Of a DNA stretch of 64,000 nt, positions 53,801-64,000 are shown piece after piece (position 1 is the stretch's first letter; every line of letters begins with the position of its first letter). The DNA lies in contig OZ024740.1 of the NCBI GenBank assembly GCA_964016885.1, positions 346,270,001 to 346,334,000 of the forward strand, given 5' to 3'. The position numbers and the translations under genes are program-made. A model generated the notes under the pieces. The model did not search any database, had not been told where the DNA came from, and was given only the letters and a program-made list of their open reading frames with translations. Origin of the DNA: Eledone cirrhosa (taxonomy: Eukaryota).

Positions 53801-55260
53801 TCACCAAATTGTGGTCTGAATAGCCAACCATGAGCATTTCTGGACAACTTAAAATGCCCCTGTCCTTATTTCTAACTAAGAACCTATCTAGGCATGATCT
53901 AGATTGACCGCTGCGATTTGACCAAGACCAGGTTGGCACCGTCGGAAAATCTAGTCGAAATCTATCGGCCAGGTCAAATCGGCCGAGTAACCCCTTGAGG
54001 CTGTTGCACCCCTCTCTATCGGGACATGCCCCTGCATAGTCCCAACGTGCATCCAGGATACCATTCCAGTGTCCCACTAAAAGCAGGGAACGGGACGTCC
54101 CTAGAAAAGACTCCAGATGCTGGAAAAAGTCGGGCCGCTCTGTCCCAAAAGGGGCATATGTGGCTACCAGCCTAAAGGCCCCACATTCACCACTGCCGAG
54201 GTCCAGCAACACCAGTCGATCCCCCCGGGTCCAAGTGAACTATCTGTGTGGCGAGACCCAGATGTTTTTGCAGCAGAAGGACAACCCCACCCCCACCTCC
54301 GGGCTGAGAGAGAGATGCGTGCATCTCAAAGTCATCAAAGGTGGGGGCTAGCTGTCGCATGCTGCTGATCCGGGCCTAGCAGATAACCATCACATTTATA
54401 GATCGTGCCCTAAGGTCATTTAGAAGCATTGTTTGCTTCCAAGATGAGCCCAGGCCACGCGCATTTAGACACCCTACTCTCAGCACAGCCATGTTGGTGG
54501 TAAGGAGAAAAGGCACTTACCTCTCTGCGTCCCGGGGAGCGGGCCGCTCAATTTCCATGAGGGTTGGGGATGGGTTGTTAGGTGGGGTGGTGGTTTGTGG
54601 AAGTGTAGGGGCATCAGTGTGTTGTGGGGTTGGGGTATTTGTGGTTGAGTGGGTGTCTGGGTGAGGGTTGGGGAAATGTTTTAGGAGGACGCGGTTGATT
54701 GGCTTAGAGCAGGGGGGGGGGGGTTAGCACGTCCTCCGTGAAATTTATTTTCAACGTTTTGTATAAGTTCATTGGGACTTTAATCATTTGTAAATGAGGT
54801 AGACCCACAGCAGTTAGAAAGTTAGGCCCTTCAGTTTGGACCGAAGGGTTTGACGAAATTGTGTTCATTAGTTCTTTGTTGTCTGTGTTCATGTATGTAT
54901 ATTGTAAAGTCTTTTTTTGCGTAGCAGTTAGTGTTGTGTGACGGGGAGGGGTGGTTTGTATATAGTTTGTTTTCTCTTGGAGAGGGTTAATGTTAATAAG
55001 TGTGTCTGTGGTGCGCTTCCTCTTCATTCTTTTTACCATTTGGAAGGGTTCTTTTTCGTCTTGCGACAAAAGGGGTTCGTCTTCCTTGTTGGGTGGGAGG
55101 GGTATATTTTCTGCTAGTGTTTGCGGTGTGTGTGTTTTTGTATTTGTTTTGGGTGGGGAGGATAGATAGTCTGCTCCACTCTCCTTTTCTAATATTCTTT
55201 TACTACTGTAGTCCACATCCACGTCCCATGCATGTGCGCAGCACCGACCGACGCTCATTC
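50838..55260 (-). mobile_element. L1/Tx1-clade LINE, near full length and degenerate
   Basis: GC-rich island with an ORF1-like remnant (54704-55258), an APE-RT ORF2 and a 3' UTR with AATAAA near 50845. Confidence 0.88.
51067..54492 (-). pseudogene. Tx1-like ORF2 (AP endonuclease + RT + C-terminal Cys motif), frameshifted
   Basis: Motifs: MAVLRVGCLNARGL, YAP, SCLDRF, YSDH, GPGYWKLN, KSPGLDGLPYELY, NFRPITLLN, KAFDRVDH, RQGCPLS, AYADD, KGGLG, CPRC..EETVAHALVHC. Confidence 0.9.
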
Positions 55261-55504
55261 AACATTCCTGCACCACATACATATACTCACACATACATTC
55301 CGATACATTACACAGGCAACAAAAAAAAAACTAACACAATTACTAATAAACACACAGGTAGAAATACACACAATCACACACACGCCCATACATCCATGCA
55401 TGTACACACGCATTCTCACTTAGTGATGTATATTTTTGCTTTGCTATGACGATGCAATGTTCGCTATAGGTTTACTTTCACACCTGTTATTTCACCGTTT
55501 ACAG

Positions 55505-55676
55505 TTCGGTAGAGGGTCGGACGCCATGCTTTCCAGCATAATGACGTCACTTTACGATCTGAGTTCAAATCCCGCCGAGGTTGACTTTGCCTTTCATCCT
55601 TACGAGGTCGATAAAATAAAGTACCAGTAATGCACTGTATAATTGCTGGCCTTGTGCCTAAAGTAGAAACAATTAT
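55505..55676 (+). mobile_element. SINE copy
   Basis: B box, core and tail as in the 38.4-39.1 kb cluster. Confidence 0.85.
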
Positions 55677-56306
55677 TTCCCCTACAATTTTATTTACATT
55701 TGATTCTCACACACAGACAAATCACGTCCATATACGATAGTAATGCACACAGGTACATATATATGCAATCAAGAACAAAGTATGCACCACTCCATCAACA
55801 TATACGCATATACACACAAAGAATAATTAAATAAAATACACAACACACCTGCACCTTTTTATGCTCTTCTAATCTATGAATCTCATCTTTGTTGTTTCCC
55901 CTCTCATATTCTCTGAAATTCTCTTTGTATTTTCACCACTTTTGATTAAGGATTAGCATTCGATAAGTTTGATTTTCATTTTATCCTCTTTCAAAAATGA
56001 AATTAATAATACTAGTTATGGTGTACACACACACACACACATACACACACACACACATATATATATATATTTATATATAAATATAATATATCCGTATGGG
56101 ATTTACTGCAGATTGAAAGGAGAACTCAATACAGGTGTTTTAATATACCTTTTATATTAAGGCTCAAAGTGAGTCTTCTTACTCTGGAGTTTTGCCTCTT
56201 TATCACGGAATCATAAGACCTGTAATAAACAGGTGAAACTCTAAAGTAACAAGACTCTGTTACCCTTTATATATATATATATATGAGAAATTGCCGTACG
56301 TATATA

Positions 56307-56368
<62 letters not shown>

Positions 56369-56699
56369 TATTACTCATATATATATATATATGAGTATTC
56401 ACATACGTATATATATATATATATATATATATATACGTACGTCAATACTCATCTTTCTTCTATTTCCTAGAGGGTAACAGAAACTAGTGCCTAGTCCGGG
56501 GAGAGACAAGTAAATTCTCTACCCACACGAAATCATTTCTCTCACTATTAACGTATAAGGTTGGTACCCTAGTGATGCTGGCTTAATTAAAGCATCAGTT
56601 TTAATTAAATAGTCAGTAATAGAAAGTAACAGAAAATAGCAGAGAGATACACAGTTTATTCCGATGACTTCTTTTTAATATTGTTGTCCATTGCTTTCT

Positions 56700-57018
56700 A
56701 GCATAGTTACGTCCCTTTTCGGTCTGAGTTCAAATCTCGCCGGGGTTAACTTTGCCTTTCATCCTTACGGGGTCGATAAAATAAAAAACCAGTAATGCAC
56801 TGGTAATTGCTGGCCTTGTGCCTAAAGTAGAAACAATTATTATATATACAGGCAGTGAACCGGTAGAACGTCATACGCCATACTTTGCAACTTAGAGTTA
56901 TGACCCTTTTTGTTCTGAATTCAAATCTCGCCAAGATTAACTTTGTCTTTCATACTTACGGGTCGATAAAATAAACTGGGGTAATTGCCGGTCTTGTGCC
57001 AAAAGTAGAAACAATTAT
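56700..57018 (+). mobile_element. Two tandem SINE copies
   Basis: 56700-56842 and 56850-57018 each have the B box, core and gtagaaacaatta tail. Confidence 0.85.
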
Positions 57019-57142
57019 ATATATATATATATGGCTAAATATATATATATATATATTCTAAATATATATACATATGACTAAATATATATATATATATGTG
57101 TGTGTATATGTGTGTGTATGTATGTATATATATATATATACG

Positions 57143-57982
57143 TAGGTCCCGGGTTGAGTCGGGGATAACCACAGTAAGTAAGGTACTCAATGCATGGCAG
57201 AGTAAATTTTTTTTATTTTATAGAAGGAGCTTCTACAAGACTAGTACTGTTTCATTCAGATGAAATCTTCAGGAAGCTGGGTGTCATATTAAGTTCTGGT
57301 ATTTATACATTTAGGTAGTGGTAAGGGAGGGGTGGTGGAAGGGGGGGGTGTATTTAGATACACAGGACCATTTCATGGCACAGGCCGTTTTTTCTTTGGG
57401 GAGTGGTCAATTAGCCAGAGTGCTTTTTTGAAATAAATAAATAAGTAAATAAATAAATAAATGAATAAATAGATAAAAGAATAAATAAATAAATAAAATA
57501 AATAAAAAAATTAAATAAAAATAAATAAAGAAAAGCCCCAAGAATAGTAATTCAACAGATATATAGTAGGGAAATTTAGGTGGGTTGGTAATAGAAATTA
57601 AACATTTAACAAGACCGAATCATGGCACAGACTGGGGTGAGTGGTCAAGTTAACATACAAGCCACAGGTGGCCAGAGTGTTTTTGTAGGATGCAAAGAAT
57701 AAAATATATTTACATACTCACAACCACATACACAAACACTTACACACACATATATATACACACACATATTTAAACACTTACACACACATATATACCTATA
57801 TATATATATATATATATATATAGTAAAATATTGAGAAAAATACTGCAGGTAGCACATGGGTAACATGTAATAAAATAAGTCCCTCATCAGTGATTTGCCG
57901 AAGATCATAGATATTTCATTGCATTAATATATATATATGTGAGTGTGTGTGCACACCTACACATTCACACACATATACATAC

Positions 57983-58045
<63 letters not shown>

Positions 58046-58282
58046 TATGTGTGCGTATACACATACACACACACACACACACGTACATACATGCACACAT
58101 ATATACATATATTCACAAGAAAATCACAAACACACAAATATACACACACACAGATATACACACACACACGCATACACATACACACACATATATATCTACA
58201 CATACACACACATATACATATATACATATATATATACATATATACATACATATATACATATATATATACATATATATTTTTC

Positions 58283-58343
<61 letters not shown>

Positions 58344-58464
58344 CTACATGTACGTATGTCTCTCTCGTGTAAACTATACTATGCATACACATACATACAC
58401 GCAAACACATACATTCACACATATATATACATATATACACATACACACTCACAAACATATAAAA

Positions 58465-58505
<41 letters not shown>

Positions 58506-58534
58506 CCCATACACACATATATATATATATACAC

Positions 58535-58567
<33 letters not shown>

Positions 58568-60848
58568 TTTACAAGCACACGCATACATACACATACATAC
58601 ATACAAATAAGTACACATAAACGCATATGCACAAACACGCACTCGTTCGCACTCATACATGATAGTATAGTATAAAGGTAGTGGGACAAATTTTAATTTT
58701 AAATTTTAAATTTTATACTGGGCCTGATAGAGGATAAAATAATTAATGTCACTATTAAGTTATTAATATTATCATCAAGTAATTAATTACTATTTATTAT
58801 TTATTACTTACCATTTACCATTCACTATTCGTTACCTATCTCTTATCCCTTATCTATTCATTACCTAATCATTCACTCATAAATTAATAAATAAATGATG
58901 AGTTAACTAACAAACAAACAAACGGACAGATAAACAAATAAACCAGTAAATAAGTAAATAAATAAACAAATAAATAAATAAACAAATAAATATACAGTTA
59001 AATAGATAAATAAATCATGAACGTGTGCGTGCATCAGTTCATAACTGCGCGTATGCAAACATGAGCAAGTATATACGTGAATTTGTGTGTGCGGCCGCGG
59101 AACTTTACTCAGAGGCATACAACACAATATATAAGACCTGAAGGGGAGGAAAGAAGGTAATAATGAGAGATAGAGGGGAGGATAGAGGCTAATAATGAGA
59201 GATGGAGGGACGGAAATGGGATAGGTGGTGTGATATGGGGGGGGGGTCAGTCGGGCGGGGGGGTCAGTCGGGGGGGGGGGGTCTGTAGTTTTTGTAATTT
59301 GCATAGTTCTTGTGCATGCAATTAGGGGAGTGTTCCGAGATCTTGTTGAGGAGAGGGCCTTTGGTGAATAGAATCTCATAGCTCTTGGAGATACAGAGGT
59401 CACAGCAATTATGCCTCCCGTGTACGATCGCGCTCTCTGGAGTAGTCTCCATTGGTTCTTGAAGGGGATGGAGTTCCTTTTTAGGTGCCAGATGTGGGCG
59501 GCGAGTGTAGTTTGGTTAGATTTGTCTGGGCGCCGGAACGAATGTGTGTGGGCGTACCAGCGAGTCTTAAAACTATTAGAAGTCATCCCGATGTACGAGT
59601 TTCTTTTTTCATCGGGGCCTGAGAGTACATCGCATATATACACGAGATCTTTTTTTAGACAGTTGTTGTTGAGAGGGCAGGTCGTCTTATCAGGGCAATT
59701 GCAGTAGCTATCGGTTGCTGGATGGGCTTCCGAAAAAGTAGGCTTATTTAGCTTCTTGATGTTGTTGTTGGCTAAGTTTCTAGCTAGAATAGGTGTGGTA
59801 GAGTAAGAGAGTCTAATGGTATTCTTATTAAGGATAGTATAGTACCTATGTTGGGTGGGGAAGTGTTTTTGTAAGAGAGTGAAGAAAATTTTAGCTACAG
59901 GTGTTGAAACTTCTCGGTTGAAGGGGGGGGGGGGGTTGTACCGGCTAATGTGCCTTCGCCTATTCATCCTGGGTGGGCGTGGGGCTATAGTAAGGTAGGT
60001 GATCTTATCTCTAAAGCCGCTGCGGGCCAGGGCCTCGTTGTAATAGGGGGCTGCTGCTCTAAAGATATCTTCATTGGCGGCGAGGCTAGATATCCTAATG
60101 GAGACACTTTTTACTAGGTTGTCTAATATATTTTTGGGGTGGTTAGAATTAACGTCTATATATCTAAGGGATTCATTAGGTTTGTGGTACGGGTAGTAAA
60201 GGGAAGTTTCTAAGTCGAGGGTAACGTCTAGGAAGTTAGCTTTAGTTAAGTTCGAATCTAAGGTCTAAGTTATTAAAGAAGGTGTAAAGGTTTTTCCTGA
60301 ACCCATCCGTGGTCCTGGGGTTGATTTTGTGGAGGGCAAAGAGGCCGTCATCTCGGTAGAGACCGCCGGAGAGGCCTGTGAAGAGGGTCTTCAACCTGTG
60401 GAGGATGAACAAGCCCACAAGGTCACTAATTTCAGCTGAGTCGCTAGCACCCATGCTAACGTCGAAGGGGGTCTCAGATTTTTTGTTGATCCAGTGGGAT
60501 CTGACATGGTAAAGAAAAGTATTACGTGCATGGAGGATCACTTCCTGCTCGGCTTCGGTAATAGTGGTTAAGTTCCTGGCGAAGTTAATCGCGTCAATCA
60601 GCAGGCTCTCTGATATGGAGGTGTAGTAATCCTCGATGTCTAGCTGCAGGAAGCGGGTGTTGCTTTTGTCGGGCAAGTCCCGGAACCATGTGATTGCCTC
60701 TGATGTCCTATTCCAGAGTGGGAGGGGTGAGGCAGCACGTAGTCTAGGTAGAATCCTGTCCAAGATCTTCTTACTGACGGATCCTATGTCAGACTTGGTC
60801 GGGTTAATCAGCCGGACCGACGGTTTATTGTCGAAGTTGTTCTTGTAA
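57143..60848 (-). mobile_element. 5'-truncated PLE (RT + GIY-YIG at about 59264-60848, long microsatellite-laden 3' UTR)
   Basis: Motifs RFLQLDIEDYYTSI, SMGASDSAEISDLVGL, GGLYRDDGL, YNPP, CNCPDKTTCPLNNNC, LVYIC..SYIGMT and CDLC..CMH. Both ends lie at (TA)n. Confidence 0.88.
57228..57278 (-). ncRNA. Type I hammerhead ribozyme
   Basis: AGCTTC-CTGAAGA-t-TTCA-tc-TGAA-t-GAAA-CA-gtactagtct-TG-TA-GAAGCT: perfect 6-bp stem I, GUA triplet, ACTAGT palindrome in loop 3. Confidence 0.82.
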
Positions 60849-60854
60849 GTATGG

Positions 60855-60922
<68 letters not shown>

Positions 60923-60959
60923 AACAAAATATAAGGACGCCGAATTATATTTTCATATC

Positions 60960-61240
60960 GATTACACAAAATACCTGTTCAGTATTGTGTTTGCAATAAT
61001 CGAATATAGGCATTTTTCCATATGATAAATGTTGGTCTCCTTATGATTACTAATAGCAGAATAAGTCAAGACAACCAACATATAACTTTTCCTCTCTTTG
61101 TGTCCGCCTTTTTCCTTTCTAATTTCAAACCGCACAGAAGGGAAATTTCGCTTTTGTCCTTTCAATATTTTAATACTAAAGTCGAATTTAACAGTAATGT
61201 GTTCGTCTCCCCCAAATGTGTTCCCTCTTCCCTATGAAAT
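60960..61240 (-). pseudogene. Possible old PLE N-terminal fragment
   Basis: HKETNIYHMEKCLYSIIANTI weakly parallels DKTGNLYQVERSIYHQLLHNAV. Confidence 0.35.
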
Positions 61241-62744
61241 AAATAAATAAATATCATTATGTTAATAAGATCACGATATTCGTTATTTCCCCGTCCATTA
61301 CTACCACCACTCGCAACACAACCATTATCATCATCATCATCTTCATCATTTAATTACAACGATCAACAATAATTGCATAGTTTCAGCGTGTCTCTTCAAG
61401 AGCACATGTTAATCTGTCTGTGGCTTTAGCCATAATATCTTGAACAATGTTTGCCTGTCACACAGATGATGTATTTCCCGCTGGAAGCATGTTCTGTCAC
61501 GTGTTCGGTTGCAGCACTTGTGTTCGTCAGTTGCAAATAACTCTGGAACAGCTTGTTTCTATGTCACCTTGAGGCAAAGAAATAAAATATTTTAAGTAAT
61601 ATAAAATATAAAATGAAAATATCAAAACACACATAATAAAATAACCATATTCTACTTCCTACAACTACTAATTATTCTATATGGTTGATACTATTATTCT
61701 TGTGTTGCTGCTGATGTTATTGGTGATGGTGTTGTGGTTTCCATTTGCTTCTGTCTATGTTTGTTGCGGTTGATGTTTACAATCTTATAATTAATTAATG
61801 TTTGTGTTCATCAACACCTTTATTTCTCTTAAGGATTTCGCTCATCCTTCATTTTCTCCTTTGCTCATAATACATATATTATTATTGTTGACATGTAAAA
61901 GAGGTGCACTTCCAATAGAATCATTGTAGTTATTATAAGACACACAGATACATTCAATTTAACTTCCTTGATATTTTCTAAAAGTACTCTTGATGCTTTC
62001 GAATAGTTAGAAGATGAGAACTTTTGAGGGATTGGTTCCTCGATTAAATCGATCTTAGTACTTGAATGACACTTTATGTTATCGACAATGAAATGATGGA
62101 TGTGAATGTTGACCACAATGGGAATAAAACTTTGAACGTAGCGAATATATTCTGTTAGGCGCTATAACACATTAAACACTCACTATTTTTGTTTGTTTGT
62201 TAGTTTTTATAAGATCTAATAAAAGAAAAGAAAAACATCGGCCCATCCGGGAGAGAATTTCTTGTGCTGCATTATCTAATACGTTCTTTAATTTTTTTTT
62301 AAAAAGAGCAACTTATTTTAATGAAATGGGTACTATGTCTAGCAAAGTACGTGGTCATGGGAGGCTACTTGTTTGTTCTAACATCGTATTGTTTCTATTG
62401 TTTCGCCTCGCATCCAATCTGAATGAACTGATCTATGCTCAAAGTCATTCAAGTGTGACCGTCCAGGAATTGCTAGATGCAAAGAATATCTAGGATTACT
62501 TTATCCAATATCGAGATTGTCTTTTATATCTGGAAGGTCGAGTAATCACGTAGCGTTTTTTTTTTTGTGAGTGGCTCAAATATTTTAATATATATAATCA
62601 ACAGGGCAACAACACACGGCAATACACAAAGTAGCTTCAAGGACATGAACAAGATATACGTGTTTAACTATCAGAAATCAAAGCAAATTTTCTGGTAATG
62701 TTGTATATTGTTTATTTTCATATTTTATGACTTAATAGGATAGT

Positions 62745-62955
62745 AGATTAGCAGTATCGGTAGAGCGTCGGTCAACATGCGTTGCAGCATAGAGATACGA
62801 CCCTTTAGATTCTGATTTCATATGACACCGAGATTAGATTTGTTGTTCACCCCTATGTGGTCGATAAAATATAATACCAGTCTCGCACAAGAGTCAGTTT
62901 AATCGAATTTACTTTCCCTCAAGTGTGTTGCTCTTGCGACAAAATCAGAAACTAG
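62745..62955 (+). mobile_element. Older, diverged SINE copy
   Basis: Diverged head (agcagtatcggtagagcgtcgg) and core (gtcgataaaatataataccag). Similar decayed copies lie at about 40265-40420 (-), 46930-47110 and 63100-63220. Confidence 0.65.
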
Positions 62956-63786
62956 TATTTTACGAGTTATACACGTTTACAGGGGCCTTAGGGAGCTTTG
63001 TATATTGACTGTGGTTGAAGGAAAAACCGCAAATTTTGCATAGATATATTTGCGTGATGTATTTGCATTCATTTCTGTTCAAGTCTGACAGAAATCGATT
63101 TCATGCGTTCATTACTCTATTGTCGTTAGGATAAGTACCAGTCAAATACTTTGGGCAATCTAAATGAATGATTCCTTGAAACAAAATCTCTGTTCTTATA
63201 TCTCTATTAGAAAGCATTATATTAATCAACATCATTCTCATCATTATGATCATCATAATCTATCTCATTTATCGACATCCACTTATGCGTTATAATTCTT
63301 ATCCTCATCCTCCCAGTGTGATTATTTCTTATAATTGACATTTACCCAAAGCTGAAATTTAATTGTTGATGAGAATTGTGACTGTCAAAAGAGATTATAC
63401 ATGATTTTCTTTATTTCCTACGAAACATAAAATACAAAATATAAGAAAACACAATGCAGACAATTTTGTATTGTTTTACTCGTGATAATTATATTATATC
63501 ACTTTGAGAATGTATTTGGGGATCACCGCAAAGTTTCATGGGAATTGTACGCGGTTTTCCAACGATGATCAATTATGTTGCCATAGATTTTAATGGAATT
63601 ATTTGAAATTGCGTTTCCTGGTAGCAGACATGACTCTGTTGTTAAGAACTTCATTTATAAACACCAGAGTTACCTGTTCGAGATCCATGCGCAATAAATC
63701 CTAGAAATATTTATTTCTAACGTAGCGAGAGTTTCACCAACATTTTGCCAGCGATACAATAATGAACGGAACATTTGTTAAAGTTC

Positions 63787-63860
<74 letters not shown>

Positions 63861-64000
63861 CGTGCCCGCGTGAGTGTGTGTGTGTATGTATACATATATA
63901 TATATATATTGTGTTGGACAGACATTTCCCGCCGTTTTACAAAAGGAGGTATTATGGTTGAATTATCTGGACAAAGTATAGTAGCATCGAGTCGATGCAT

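Noticed and set aside
61380-63790. Possible host exons on the minus strand (61865-62150 ORF; AG..GT-bounded 63676-63702)
   Set aside because: No recognisable protein similarity, and weak splice context.

Overview
This is AT-rich, microsatellite-dense eukaryotic non-coding DNA. The SINE family and repeat landscape suggest an octopus/coleoid cephalopod intron or intergenic region (inference). I can support no intact host gene. Most of the window is a stack of Penelope-like retroelements (PLEs) with a YRDD reverse transcriptase, a CxCx5Cx5C linker and a C-terminal GIY-YIG endonuclease. They sit in (TA)n tracts, mostly as tandem or fold-back insertions, and many carry type I hammerhead ribozyme (HHR) motifs at their 3' ends. 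Also present are R4/Dong-like, CRE-like, RTE-like and L1/Tx1-like LINE relics, a non-autonomous Helitron, a 28-bp micro-Helitron, and about a dozen tRNA-derived SINE copies. The most striking observation is a PLE fold-back at 25.8-28.5 kb with an apparent strand-specific A-to-G hypermutation fossil, consistent with ADAR hyper-editing of the RNA before retrotransposition; it converts the hammerhead catalytic adenosines to G. Second, unrelated PLE families share non-canonical hammerhead features: an unpaired 10.1-11.1 position, U4A, a U3-A8 swap, and very long stem II.
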